A stretch of 62,520 nucleotides of DNA, filler included, from Circinaria calcarea (taxonomy: Eukaryota): NCBI GenBank assembly GCA_051942165.1. It is 21 parts of 21 records of this genome, joined end to end, with 100 filler letters (N's around TTAATTAATTAA, not from the genome) between each part and the next. Parts side by side here need not be neighbours in the genome. Positions count along the whole stretch, not along the records: positions 1 to 2,898 come from JAVECS010003180.1; positions 2,999 to 5,894 come from JAVECS010003181.1; positions 5,995 to 8,890 come from JAVECS010003182.1; positions 8,991 to 11,882 come from JAVECS010003184.1; positions 11,983 to 14,873 come from JAVECS010003185.1; 16 more parts are not named here. One strand, 5' to 3'. The notes under the pieces were generated by a model, which was given only the letters and a program-made list of their open reading frames with translations, did no database searches and was not told where the DNA came from. Of the stretch, positions 1-12,838 are shown piece after piece. The first letter of the stretch is position 1, and each line of letters begins with the position of its first letter. Made by a program: the position numbers and the translations under genes.

Positions 1-618
1 GGATGGGGAGTGGAAGGCTGTGAAGAGGAGATGTGAGGAGGTGTGGGGGCAGCTGCTGTGGCTGGAAGAGCGGTTTTGGCCGGAGCCGGCGGTGGAGGTT
101 TGGGAGGGGGCGGGCGTGGAGATTGATACACAGCTGAGGCGATATGGGTATGGGTCTCTGACTTGAAGGATTTGGGTTATATCGAATCGTCATCTTTAGG
201 TATAAAAGGGGTCTCCCCTTGGTCTTCTGTTGCCGGCACTAGATGCATTTTAACCGTCTTCCCTCTTCCTTCTTCGCCTTTTCCCAACGTCAACTCACAA
301 GACGAGACAAGACATACCTCCCCACCTCTCCAGTCAAACCCCTCCGGCAAAACCGAACCCAAAAACAAAACATATCATTGAGGGAAATAAGATTCTCCAG
401 TGAGCAAAGCGAGAGAGAAATTTTGGCGAAACTGGATTTCGTAGGGAAATATACAGAGCCAGAACAGTAAGCAGATCTTCTGGCCGGCTTTCCCCTTTCA
501 AATCTTTTTATTCTCTAAACCCGGAAAACCGGCAATATCGGCATCGGAATCGGCATCTATCCAAACAACCCCCTCTCTCTGGCTTCTCATCTTCCCCCCT
601 CTTCCCCCCTTGGGCCCT

Positions 619-720
619 TTTCCTTCCTTTCCTTCCTTTCCTTCCTTTCCTTCCTTTCCTTCCTTTCCTTCCTTTCCTTCCTTTCCTTCCTTTCCTTCCT
701 TTCCTTCCTTTCCTTCCTTT
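619..720. repeat. 9-bp tandem repeat (TTTCCTTCC) x ~11
   Basis: Directly visible polypyrimidine repeat; it explains the spurious PSF/GRK-repeat ORFs. Confidence 0.95.
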
Positions 721-2339
721 CAGGACGGGAAGGATTTTAAGGGGGATCCTGTGAGGGAAAGGGGTAGGAGAGATGCAGGTAGAAAAAGGGATGGAGGTGG
801 AGAATAGATGGATGGATATGAAACCGCAACAGTAAGGAGTCCTTCCTACATCTTGGTTAGAATCGAGCGTTTCATGTTCTTGATCCTGTTGACTTGCAAG
901 AATCAATACCCACTGCCAACAGCTAAGACCGCCGACACCTTCCATGAACCTCTCGATAGATTATTTTTTGGGGGGGGGAGAGGAACACAAATCCATAGCT
1001 AGTACGTAAGCAAAATGTCACCAAAAGCATAAGCTAGAGAGGCAGCGCTGACGAAGAGTGCAATCCGGTAGTGCTGTTTCATTCCGCTGGTACTGGTAAT
1101 AATCATCAGAAATCCCCCCATACTTTTCCGATCGCTCCACTGGAGACTCACCACATAGATAGATAGAAGACGACCCCTGGAAACAATCCACTCTCCGCCA
1201 TACCTCGGACGAGCCGGGCCTACATAGAAGCCTTGCTATATTCTGTACGACGCCCATAAGGGTCGCGACAATACCCTCAAGCGGAGGGTCAAAGCGGGCA
1301 GCCATAACCTCGGAGATGTCGGCTTCAGTAGGATATTGCATGGGGTCTGAGTACTGTTAGGACGGTAATCTCCAAACCAGGTCCATCCAAAGATGTATAC
1401 TTCCAAACAGGACATAGCCAACGAAGTAGAGAAGTATAACAGCCGGTAGCAGCGTTCGATCGAGCTTCCAGAGTAAGGGCCTTTTCCGTAATTCCAGACG
1501 GATTGTCCCAGCTGTCTTCTGAAGCTGAGACGGAGGGAACTTCTTTTTGAAGATTTTGAAGCAAAAGGGGAAGCTTCTTCAGGACTTTATGTAAGAAACC
1601 GGTACACAGCGGGAAAAGACGGAAAAATGGCAAACTTCTTAGACCTTTGCGATTTAAATGCCCCCGTATATGGCAGCTCGAGATGATCCTACCTGGCTGG
1701 GTGGCATGTCCTGATGGTTCTAGAGCCAGCTCCAAACCGCAAGGACGCCATTGGCACCAACACGGTCACCATCGTCAGTCTGAAGGAGGATCAGCCAACA
1801 CAATGAGAGTGGTGAAATAGGCACACATGGCATTTCAATAACGTGACGTGACCTCAGCTAGGATATAGCTCCGGGCGTCAGCATAGAGATCTGGAGTAGA
1901 GGGTATCCGCGCGCTTGCGGGTAGGATTTGAGCACTTACCAGCTCCTGGCTTCTCGCGTTACTCAACTGTCGCCATGATCGCTCCATGGCTGTCTTTTGA
2001 TCCCATGTTAGTGTTCAAGGCACCGAAATCAGACAGTGTTCGCTACATGATGTTGAAATGTAGAAAATTGTCGGAACGGCCGTGTTAAGAAGCTTGTTCC
2101 TGTAATGATTCCAAATGCGGGTTGAGTGTAAATAGGTGTACCTTCCAACTAGCAATTCAATATACACATATAAATCATAATACATTTGACAAGAATTCGG
2201 CATGCTTTTCTCAAGTAACCTCCAAACCGTAGGAAATATCAATCCTGATTCTATCCCACTCAAGTCCACCTAGGCCGTATCCTTCCTATCCTAAACTCCT
2301 CGTAGCGCCACCCAAATAGAGAGATCCGACGGTGACGCC

Positions 2340-2898
2340 TCAAATCATCCCTCCCAGGCCAGGATCCATGCTGCTCGGTGCGAAGCTCTGCACCGACCTG
2401 TTTCCCATTGACAGACCCTCCATCCTGTCACCTGTTGCACTTACGACCCTCACCGATTTCTTATTGCCTCTTCCCTCAGTCTCCTTTGCCACAAGCACCT
2501 GTGCTGGACACACCACAATCTCCTCATCCCCAACACCTTGGTCATCACCCTTTTTCACTACCAAGGGAAACAGAACCATGCGCACGACAGCTTGTTGGGC
2601 GGCAAGCTCCTCGTTCGATAGGGTGTCACCGCTGCGCTCGTTCATGAGTGAGGCGGTAAAGTAGACCTTACGCGCTAGATCACCGTTCGTATCGTACTCT
2701 GGCTGTAACGGCGGTAGCATGATATACTCGGCCTTTTGGGTGCGCATCTCGATAGATAAGTCTACTGCCGCTCGCATGACATTGCGTAAAGACTCCTGTA
2801 TCTGATTCACTAGGTGCGAAGGCGGGGGTAAGAGCACGGCTAGAGTGCGAAAGATTTCTTGGACGACAGCCTCAGTGTCTTGCGCTCGTTGCGCTCGG
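2340..2898 (-). CDS. 3' end of a conserved-looking fungal hypothetical protein (5'-truncated by contig end)
   Basis: Frame is open towards the contig edge with globular-looking sequence (AVDLSIEMRTQKAEYIMLPPLQPEYDTNGDLARKVYFTASLMNERSG...VRMVLFPLVVKKGDD...EEIVVCPAQVLVA). Function not recognised. Confidence 0.7.
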
Positions 2899-2998
2899 NN
2901 NNNNNNNNNNNNNNNNNNNNNNNNNNNNNNNNNNNNNNNNNNTTAATTAATTAANNNNNNNNNNNNNNNNNNNNNNNNNNNNNNNNNNNNNNNNNNNN
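2899..2998. other. Artificial contig linker (44 N + TTAATTAATTAA + 44 N); first of 20
   Basis: An identical 100-bp spacer starts at 2899, 5895, 8891, 11883, 14874, 17863, 20850, 23835, 26818, 29799, 32778, 35756, 38733, 41709, 44685, 47660, 50635, 53609, 56581 and 59552. The core gives stops in all six frames. Intervening segments never increase in length (2898 down to 2869 bp). Confidence 0.98.
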
Positions 2999-3560
2999 TA
3001 TGACAGCCCGCTCAGTGCTTTCAGATCCTATCGCTACCACCCAAAGTATGTGTCTAAAGTACCTAGCGGATTTCGTTCCTTGACGTACAACCACAACATT
3101 GATGCAGAAAAGTCACTTTGTCGTTGGGAGCTTGCCGGAGGCATCTGTAATGATGATTCTTGCGATAGTCAACATTTCCGAGACATGATTTTGGCTGGTG
3201 CGTCCTCGAAAAAAATCCTTGTCGTTTTCCTCTATTTATTCATTTGGATGCATTTGCGTTTTCTGCTTGTACATGTTTGCCCATTCAAGTCCTTGACTGT
3301 GGTATCGATTGTTCATGGTGTTGTCCGCGAGCTGACATTAGGTTTTTCTAATCTCCACAGATAGCAACATCCTTGTCCAGCTGGGAGCGCCACCCAGAGG
3401 AAGTACCGTGCAGGAGAGAGATGCTTACGTCGCCGGTCTAAGGCAACTCATTCAAGACATGCGTATGAGAAAAGTCACTGACTTTAGTACCGTCGCCACT
3501 GAAATTGCGGCATATCGCACCAAATACATCGGAGATACATCCAGCATATTGCCGTTATAG
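2999..3560 (+). CDS. C-terminus of zf-C3H1 putative zinc-finger protein (Red1/ZFC3H1-like), 5'-partial
   Basis: Exon 2999-3197 reads YDSPLSAFRSYRYHPKY...SLTYNHNIDAEKSLCRWELAGGICNDDSCDSQHF (C3H1 finger). GT..CTAAT..CAG intron at 3198-3360. Exon 3361-3560 reads DSNILVQLG...GLRQLIQDMRMRKVTDFSTVATEIAAYRTKYIGDTSSILPL*. Confidence 0.8.
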
Positions 3561-5367
3561 GCACTGTAGTCCCTTTTTTCTGGATTCTCTTCCCTCTTTA
3601 CATTTTTCATTCCGACAACCCGTAGATGCATACCCGATTGCATCAGCAGAGTACTTGGGCTGTAACGAAGCCAGCTACTTGCAACATACGCAAGATAATC
3701 AGAACATCATCCCGGCTGCCCGTGTAGCTTACTACTCTCTACCTTTTCTCCATATTTGTTCTACAAACCCTTTACTATGCATCTTCCAGCATAGCGTCCG
3801 GCGCATCGAGCAGGTAGATACCCCCTCCCCGGTATGGCATTGCGGAGGCGACGGCATTTGCTTTTTCCTGGTACAGGATAATACGGGCCATGCTTAGGGA
3901 CTTCTGGACATAATAATGGACTGGCTGAGATATCTGCCATCCGGGCAGCGTACTTTATGATGGGTAGATGGGGTGGTGGTTATTCTAGCTTTATCTAATT
4001 GCATACTTGATAATAAAGCCGATTCCATCCATCCATTGTTGATGCGTCTTGTTAGCTTAAGTAATGGGATTGTATTGTAGAAATGTGATTGTTGATGATT
4101 CGGGTACCTGGCTTCGCATGATGGGCTGGATGGTAGGTGAGCGCATTCGTTACCAGCCAACATAGGGTTCTTTGACTTCGGATTCATCGGTGAGGTTCGA
4201 GGGGATCAGTCAGACCATCTATCTCACTATAACTACCTTAAATAGGGCTTCTCCCTCTATCCCCACTATCGCCGAGGTAGGTACCTTTGGAGATGTTGGG
4301 AAGAGTGACCTCAGGGGATTATCTCGATAAAAATAAGTCCGGCGAAGAAGTCGTTGGAAATCTTGCGGCAGTCGTATCAAAAACATCCGCTCATCCTCCA
4401 ATACTGCGCAGTAGCATGCCTACAGCCATGCATGCATCCCACGTGCTTGGCTCGAGAGATATGGAGACGAGTCACCGGACTCCTCGGACTGCTATGCTAA
4501 GTATTGCTGGCAGAGAGCCTTCTGTAAGTCTCCTCCTATGTCTCCGAGGCTGACCCAATACTGCAGAAACCTCCCGAGATGGCGCATTTACTTGATGTTC
4601 TTATTCGTAATGCGTTCATGCATTGCGGGTTATCTTTCCCAGTCGTACCTGCATTGACGGGAACTCCGGAAACGGTAGAGAGGACCCGCAAAGAGGAGGA
4701 CCTGGAGAAAGAGGAGGACCCGGGGAAGAGTATTGCCATCGGGGATGGTATATCCGGCGTAGGGCTATAGTCGTTGGGAAAGAGGCGTACCTTAAGGATA
4801 GATCCCAAGAGATGGACATTGTATGCAAGGAGAAAAGGCAAAGGAGCCGGGTTATTCTACTTGTTTCAATTGAGCGTTAGATCCCGTGTACATTAAACTA
4901 AACCTCTTTGGCTAGAAACGAGTGTCTGCAGCCAAGATGCGACGTGGGAATACCCAATGCACTAAGTGTGGAGAGTCCCCAACCTCGACAGAAATCGTTC
5001 AGATGCAGTAGGCTTTCTTTACGATATATTACTTCACTTGCGAATGTATTTGTATTCCCTATACTTCTAAATAGAACCTCTATGCTATATTATACAGAGA
5101 AAAGTGATCCTGCAATCGGGTACAAGTAAAGTGATTCCCACGATAAAAAGGTGCGCCGTCCAACTATCTATTTTTCTAGCCCGCCATATAGAGCGTATTT
5201 CTTCTTATCATGCGAAAGATCCTTCCCTTTGGCTTGTTCGGGGTCCTCCTTTTAACTATACGAGAATTTTTCTTTTTGCCTTGCTCGGGGTCCTCCTTTT
5301 GACTACACGAATGGTCCTTCTCTTTGCCTTGCTCGAGGTCCTCCTCTTCATAGTATATCTCTTTTCC

Positions 5368-5871
5368 TTACACTGGCCCACCAACTATCATCTCATCGAA
5401 TTCTCCGTCGCGCAACTTGTACCCACTAGCTTTGCTATCCCTAAGCTCTTGGTCTAACGCCTTCAGCTCCTCGTCATCGGAAAACTCCGTGTTCATGTCA
5501 AAATCATCGGATAACACGCTCAGAGGTTCCTCGGCTTTCCATTTCGCGGCAATTGATTCTAATCGCTTTAGCTTGGGATTTCCATGCATCGCCACCGGAG
5601 AATCAAGCTTCTCGGGCTCTTCCTGTTTGATGTTATGGATGAATTGAGCATAGGCATCCTCCTCCATTTGTCTCATCAAGTCCCGATTTCGTTGTGCAGT
5701 TTGATATGCGGCGACTATCATCTGACCCTCAAAAGTTGTTTGACTATGTTCCTCGACAAGTTTTTGCTCAGCGGCCGTGTGAATTTTTGCCTCTTCTCGT
5801 GCTGCAGCGATTTCTTCATCAAGTTTGCTATTCTCCGCTTCGATTTGATCCAAAGCTTCTTGCAGTTTCAT
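5368..5871 (-). CDS. Hypothetical acidic coiled-coil protein (possibly truncated or pseudogenised)
   Basis: 167-aa ORF rich in E/K/Q/A heptads. No family recognised; the frame continues past the TAA (see findings). Confidence 0.4.
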   Translation of the reverse strand: MKLQEALDQIEAENSKLDEEIAAAREEAKIHTAAEQKLVEEHSQTTFEGQMIVAAYQTAQRNRDLMRQMEEDAYAQFIHNIKQEEPEKLDSPVAMHGNPKLKRLESIAAKWKAEEPLSVLSDDFDMNTEFSDDEELKALDQELRDSKASGYKLRDGEFDEMIVGGPV

Positions 5872-6323
5872 ATTCGTTTCACGTAGCTCTGCTANNNNNN
5901 NNNNNNNNNNNNNNNNNNNNNNNNNNNNNNNNNNNNNNTTAATTAATTAANNNNNNNNNNNNNNNNNNNNNNNNNNNNNNNNNNNNNNNNNNNNGTTATT
6001 ACACACACAAAAGCGTTGTTTTTCTCTCCATAGAACCATAGACAATTCATACTTTGCATAGCGTGCAATAACCACACGAATTGATCTCACTTCAACACCA
6101 TAAACTGCTCTGAGTGACTCCAAAAGTTCAACATAAGGCTATTAGCTATATTGCGGTATTCTAACCAGAATCGTTTATTATTAATAAAATAAGGCTAATT
6201 ATTAGATTCGGTGCTATATCTTTCAATAGAATCGGCGCCTCGTAAGATCGGGTGGTTAATATATTACGTCCCTAAGCTTTTTAGATAAAAGCAATACTAG
6301 TTATTAATATAAGGCGGGGGCTC

Positions 6324-6611
6324 TATAATATACGCACGGGTTCTATACCAATTATTTAATAAATAAGAAATAATAATAGAAATATATTATTATTCTTATA
6401 AAGTCTTGACCACACCGATCGAACTCTACAGAAAGGACTGAGATTATATAGATCTTCTAACATTACACGAAACTTCCTAAAAGGGGTGGATATAATAGAC
6501 GTCGTGGACGTAGCCATATCTAGTATGTCCAGTACGTCCAGTACCATTAATACGCCTAGCCCGCGTATTACCCAGACCTCTTGGCACAGCCCTGTGGGTC
6601 GCGTCATTACA
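6324..6611 (+). mobile_element. Putative RIP-decayed LTR (~288 bp) preceded by a polypurine tract
   Basis: Termini TATAATATACGC (plausibly mutated from TGTAATG..) and GCGTCATTACA form an imperfect TG..CA inverted pair. AAGGCGGGGG lies just upstream, in an AT/TpA-rich context. No TSD found. Confidence 0.3.
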
Positions 6612-6959
6612 CCGGAGCTCCGCAATGACACTGGTTATATTAAATTTAATATTCGCCGTCGGTTAATCATGGGACTCGATAAACGAGGTAAAATTCGCCG
6701 CGCTGACGTAGGTCGTCGCTCGAGGAGAGTCCTGGAAAATCGCGCGGAATCGTGCGAACCTTATATTTATTACGGAATATAAGGCTAAGGCAAAAGAGAA
6801 CGTAGGAAGCGGGCGGAGGGGCGGCGACAGAGAAAAGATAAATGCGAGAATCGACGTTATTGAAAAAGCGTCAGAGGGCAGTATCTGCAGCAGAGTTAAT
6901 AAAATCATTTATTAGGAAAAAGAAAAGAAAAGAAACTTAGCTGAATAACAGCTTTATAA

Positions 6960-7189
6960 AAGAATATATTATTTCAGAAAGAATTTCAACTTTTTGCGAT
7001 GAATATACTATTTCGGAAACACGTGAGAACTTTTAAAACTACGTCATTCTGAAAAGAAGCGTGATGTAATATAATTTATAAAAATATGCTATTTTAGATA
7101 GAATATGCCATTCGAGAAAGAATAGCATAAACTATATGCTATTTTAGATATTTGCCGTTCTTTTTTAGATAAGGTCGAATGGTAATCTC
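6960..7189. mobile_element. Putative single terminus of a Mutator-like DNA transposon with subterminal repeats
   Basis: Several copies of GAATAT(G/A)CTATTT(T/C)(A/G)GA(T/A)A end in ...GGTAATCTC (reverse complement GAGATTACC), similar to the GAGGTTAC MITE terminus at 51740. Base composition returns to normal after 7189. Confidence 0.4.
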
Positions 7190-7363
7190 TTATCCTACTC
7201 CTCCGTAGTTTCATGAGGCACTGCCAATGGGTACACCAGCGCCGGAACTGCTACGTCGCAAAAGGCGCATGAAACGTTACGCTACAATGGTGAAAGTTCT
7301 TACCGAGCAAAAGTGTCCTCCTTGAACGATCCGAGCTATGGAATTCTGATCGATGTAAATACC

Positions 7364-8890
7364 ATGGTCAACCTCGTTCACCTCCCAAATGGGCAGACAA
7401 TTACCGTATCCCCAGTGTTCGGTGGGCTCTTCTTCAAGGCCAACGACTTGAACATACATCATGCCGTGTTTCCACCAGGTTGGACCATTGTTTTGCAGTC
7501 TGAGGACAACGAGGACGACCACGTACTCACTACAGACAATGATGAAGCCCTGCCCAAAAAGCATCACATTCACCGTTACCGGACTCCCACCCTACGGAAT
7601 GACGCCCTTTTCATTTCCTCGATTTCCAATCCAAGCACGTCAGACTTCAAGCCTGCATCATCTCCTTCTCGCCAGATTGCTATGATGTTGTGGGCTACGC
7701 TTTGGTGGTACTTCCATCAGGTACCTCTCTACGGTTTGACCTTGATCATAGTTACCGCAAAGCTGATTATGGGGGCAAGCCTTATCCGAATCCACATTCG
7801 ACTACCGAAGCAAGCCTAAAACTACCCGAGATAGCGAGACCGAAAGGCGAATGGCGTGTTCGTATAAAAAGGGAAGGGATATTCAAGGGACGGCATTTGT
7901 TACCCAAACTCGAACGTATGGGTCTTATCAGCAGCGAGGACTCCTACGTAGGAAACGACGCCTGTGACCGGACTGGAGAAGGGTGGACGGAGATGTTTGT
8001 TAGCCAAAGATCGTTTTGGCAATTAGATGCTCGTATCTTCCTGTTTACACTCGCACCATCGCTTAATACCCCTTCTCCTTTTCCATCCAGACCAAGCTCG
8101 CCTAATAGAGAGGGGAACGGTTCCCCTAGAGCCGATATCCACGTGGAGCTTGGACCCCACGGTCTTTGGTCTCCTGCGACCCCTGGGCCATTTACTTCTT
8201 CAAGCCATCTCCCGACATACTATCCACCACCGCCTCCGCAATATGTCATGACCAATCATGTTCGACATCCCATACGGCCAAAACCTCCTAGGCAAGGCGA
8301 AACCTTCTACACCCGATATATACCAAGTTTTGGCCAGTACCTGTCGTTTCGAGTTGCTTCACAGTCCCCTAAATCCCCCAAACATAACGGACCTGTAGGT
8401 TCAACTACACCGACCTTCCTGCCACCACACTCTGCCGTCTCGGTAGGCTCTCAGTTTTCGACTCTTGGGAGCATGTCCATCCAGTCTTGTGATTTGGACC
8501 TACTTCACACCTGGATGAACAATCCACGCGTGTCAGCAGCCTGGGGCGCTTCTGGACCCATTGAAACCCAGGAGAGAATGCTAAACACAGCTCTCAACAA
8601 TAAAAATAGCTTTCCGGTCATCGGGTGTTGGGACGGGAAACCATTCGGGTATTTTGAGATTTACTGGGTCAAAGAAGATCAGCTGGGTCGATACATCCAA
8701 GACGTAAGTGATTGGGATAGGGGGTTCCATGTCCTTGTTGGAGAGGAAGAATTCAGAGGAAAGGAGAGGGTGAAGGTTTGGCTGAGTGCATTGGTGCATT
8801 ACTGCTGGCTTGCCGATCAGAGGACTCAAAGGGTCTTCTTGGAGCCAAGGGTGGATAATGAAAAGTATGAATGGTGATATAATGTCCTTT
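7364..8890 (+). CDS. sidL: Siderophore-biosynthesis N5-hydroxyornithine acetyltransferase (GNAT, AlcB/IucB-type domain), 3'-partial
   Basis: ATG at 7364 reads [36 protein letters not shown]. Intron 7721-7779 joins LWWYFHQ to PYPNPH in frame. C-terminal motifs are [43 protein letters not shown] and LEPRVDNEK, then a GTATGA donor near the contig end. Confidence 0.88.
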
Positions 8891-8990
8891 NNNNNNNNNN
8901 NNNNNNNNNNNNNNNNNNNNNNNNNNNNNNNNNNTTAATTAATTAANNNNNNNNNNNNNNNNNNNNNNNNNNNNNNNNNNNNNNNNNNNN

Positions 8991-10329
8991 CGGGTATTCG
9001 AATTCTCAATCGCCCGGCATGCCTCTGGCTCGTCAAGATAATCTCTTCTCGTTTGGAGGCGATTCAGATAACGAAGAAGAGGAGGGTATACCATTCGGGG
9101 ATCGCTCTAGTACGATGCAGACAGATTACCCATTGATGGAGGATGCTTCTGGGGACATGCATACTAGTATGCAATGGGATGCTAATTTGGGTGGACAACT
9201 CAACACGATGGCTGCCAGGTATCCCAGAGGTCCCCCGAGGAAACAAGTCACCATTGGGGGGACTGAAATGGTGTCTGCACCTCAGGATTGGGGTCAAGGC
9301 GGAAGTCTTGGACGAAATCATGGGTCTGCAGTATCCGTAAGCGATATTCGAAATCGTGGCAGCGATCCACGAAGACAAAAGATCCCGCGCACGAGCTCAA
9401 CTCCCAACGCCCTTCATCTTGCGCAACAACAAGCCATGCTTCAAAGACCGCAGTCGTCCCCCAATTCTCCACCCGAATCGCGTTTCAGCAGTGTAGTCCC
9501 TTCGCGTCCGGTAAGCCCTGGGGGATCTAAGAACGGGGACAATAATGGTATTCCAACCACTTGCACGAATTGTTTCACCCAAACTACGCCGCTGTGGCGC
9601 CGAAATCCGGAGGGACATCCTTTATGTAATGCTTGTGGTCTTTTCCTCAAACTTCACGGTGTCGTGCGTCCTCTATCTCTCAAGACCGACGTAATCAAAA
9701 AGCGGAATCGAGGTAGCGGGAACACTATCCCGGTTGGCACTGCATCTACCCGGTCATCCAAAAAGGCTTCCCGCAAGAACTCTATCATACATAGTCCCGT
9801 CACGACGCCCACTTCGAATCAGGCACACAGTGCAGAGTCCGAATCACCTTCATCAACACATGGTTCCGGAAACGCGGCATCCCCCGCAGGAAGCACTCCT
9901 ACAAGTCACGGAGTTACGAATGCTGTACCTAATGCAAAAGGTAGCGTGGTCGCCATCGCGGCTGCACCTCTAAAGCCAGCGTCTACACCTACACTCAGCA
10001 ACGCTCCTGCTCGGCCTATGGCCGGCGGAACACCGAAACGGCAGCGTAGACAGTCCAAAGGCGGTCTCAATAATTCTGCGGCAGCCGATGGGCATGAAGC
10101 AGAAATGGGTGACGCTGATGACTCTAACGGACGAACGCTGACGTCGGCTGTGACGGCTTCGAAAAGGAAAGAACACGCTACTACACCCGCATCGCAGCAA
10201 AACCTGTCAACTATGAACAGTAGCAATACAGTGGGTATCATGAAGACTGCCGTCCCGCAACCCATGATAGCTGGTGGACCTGGCGGTGGCGGGACTCAAG
10301 AATGGGAGTGGTTGACGATGAGCTTGTAG
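8991..10329 (+). CDS. areA: Nitrogen-regulatory GATA transcription factor AreA/NIT-2, 5'-partial
   Basis: GATA finger [50 protein letters not shown], conserved [13 protein letters not shown], and the diagnostic C-terminus EWEWLTMSL*. Confidence 0.97.
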
Positions 10330-11982
10330 GACTCTCCCGCAGTGTCTACATACAAATAATACGCTTAGGAATTGCCAACCGTAAGGAGGATGTGGATTAT
10401 ACATATCCCCTGCAAAAACAACCGCCATCTGGATCTTCTACTTCTGCTGTCAATAACGCTTCGCTGACCTTTGGTCGGCATCCTACGAACATGTTTACCT
10501 TACGAATTCCCTACGCTCTCCTTGGCTGGGCCGCGATTTTATCGGCGAAATGATACCTTTTTCCTTGATTTCCTTGCTTGATCTCATCTTTGGGCTTTCA
10601 CACGTGCTCTGTTTTCTTTTTGAGTTAATTGATATCACCGCGTCTGTCAACCCCGGTATTTGTGGTTGCAGAAGTGCGCAATGGTTTACCTGTCTGGGAC
10701 TTTGTGGGATTCGGTCGCGCGGCGCTTTCGGTGCAGGAGAGGTTTTGCTTGATATTTTGCTTGGTTTGGATTATGAAAGACTTTCTGCAGGGTAGTGGTT
10801 GGGAAACTGGTTGATCGCTTGCCTTGTTGGAAGGAAGGATTAGATAGGAGGTCGGGTTTTGGTTGTTACACAAAGGCTTTATGACAGAAAGGGTGTGGAG
10901 GATGGAGAATCAGGGCAATTTGACCGAGTTCCGGATATTCTGATATCGCGAGACAAGACAGAGACAAGATAGAAAGGGTCGTTCTTCTGCGTCTTTTGCA
11001 TCTCGTCCTTCCCGATGAAGTTCTTCCCTTGTGTTTTGCATCACGTTTTAGAGCAACGGAAACATATTTTTTGCAATTAGAAAAGGATACAATGAGGGAA
11101 TTACAGATCATTTTTTTCCAAAGACTTGGTTTTTATTTTGACATACATGGTTCCCTTTTATTTTCGAGGTGGTTAAGAAGAAGAAGAAGGGGAAGTCGTC
11201 GTTTTGCTTTGCCCAAAAAGTCAACCGTGATAATTGTAATTCCTCTTGTCCTCTTGTGCTCTTGTGAGAGATAGAGGGAGAGAGAGAGAGAGAGAGATTT
11301 CTTTTTTGCTCCCCCCCCCCGGGTCCACTACTCCCTCCTCGATTTCAGAATAAGTGAGGTACTACGAAAAAGGGCAAAGTTCTCGACTTGAAGCGATCAA
11401 TCGGTTTTTTCTTGGATTTTTCCTATCGCCACCAAAATCTGACTGGCTGTGGCTGTCGCTGTCGCTGTGGCTGTCGCTGTGGCTATGACTAGGGTTTTAT
11501 TTTATTTTATTTCCATCGTATTGATTTCAATCCGAAAGGGGGGTTTTCTTTCGTTTCGTAAACTGGGGAAATCCTTCGGATTCTCGGGTTGCTGGTACTT
11601 GGTACGGAGTACGGAGTAGTACGGGTGGGCATTGGAATTTAAGTGGGTTTGGTTTTGGTGTTTTGGGATTTTGGTGGTGAGCTGCGCGTATCAAAAGTCC
11701 CACTGTCCGAGGTTAATGGTTGTTCTAGGAATACGATATGGGAGGTCCGTACGCTTTTGGATTTTATAACCGTTTCGGTTTTCCCTTCGAGGGCTAGGAG
11801 TAGGACTAGGACTAGGACTGGGGACGAGATTGAAGGAGGGGTAGGGGGAGTGGGAGGAGTGGGCGTAGGAGTAGTGTAAGGGNNNNNNNNNNNNNNNNNN
11901 NNNNNNNNNNNNNNNNNNNNNNNNNNTTAATTAATTAANNNNNNNNNNNNNNNNNNNNNNNNNNNNNNNNNNNNNNNNNNNN

Positions 11983-12507
11983 AGATTTGTCGTCTCCAGA
12001 CATGATTGTGAAAGCTGCCATCACATCACCGCCTTTCGACTGTTGAGCATCATGGAGGGCTCTATTCAGATCGGCCATTTTCTTAACGGCTAAGGCGTTC
12101 TCCGTATCATCGTCGGGCTTGCCAAGCCACACGCCAATAGTCATCGCCCCTTCATAGATGAATTTCATGAGGCGTACCTGGCAGTTTCGTTCTTGAAGGT
12201 CTTGTTGATTGATACAAATAGCGTCCACCCAGAGAAACCAATTCTTGTTTTTAAAAAGACTCCCTATATGCACCAGAGCGTCATGAAGATTCTCTGTAAT
12301 GGGAAGCATGTGATGATTTATAGGTAGAGGAGCGGGGTGTATGGCATCACCCCAGGTATAGGACAACGCTGAATAGCGAGGGGCCCCGTTGAGTTTCGCA
12401 TGTATCAGCTCGCAAGCCAATTCTTCCGTAGGAAGTATCCGGAGAAGGTGGAATTCTCCCTCAAGTAATGGCTGATACTGGAGTCTTTGCATTGCTGGCG
12501 AATCCAT
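11983..12507 (-). CDS. HET-domain (heterokaryon incompatibility) protein, 3'-partial
   Basis: YSALSYTWG, ITENLHDAL and LWVDAICINQQDLQERNCQVRLMKFIYEGA..VWLG are canonical HET-domain motifs. ATG at 12507; the ORF runs into the linker. Confidence 0.92.
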
Positions 12508-12838
12508 ATAAAGGTAAAGCAAAAGTACCCTCTCTTATATATCCCTAATTGGATACAGTGGACATGGTGGAGTAGGCAAAAACGGTGGGCTTTGTATAGA
12601 CCTGCAGCACAAGCATTACAATGAGACTCTGCTGTGAAGCGATATGCTCTGGGAGACCTCCATTATTTCAAATGGCATATTGTTTATGGAAGTACCCGGT
12701 AGCAGACGCCCAAGGAATCGCGATTGATGAAGTCTCTCAGCTCCATACAGAGTACTGGTAGTTCGCTTCCTTCCCCACTAATCCCAATGTGGTAACAGCC
12801 ATGATGACCCTTCGACGTTCAACGGAGCTCCCCATCAA

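Noticed and set aside
508..945. ORFs with GRK or PSF repeats
   Set aside because: Translation of a 9-bp simple repeat; no other coding evidence.
1018..1990. Possible multi-exon gene on the minus strand (splice-like GTAAGT, GCTGAC and CAG signals)
   Set aside because: No consistent spliced frame or recognisable domain could be assembled.
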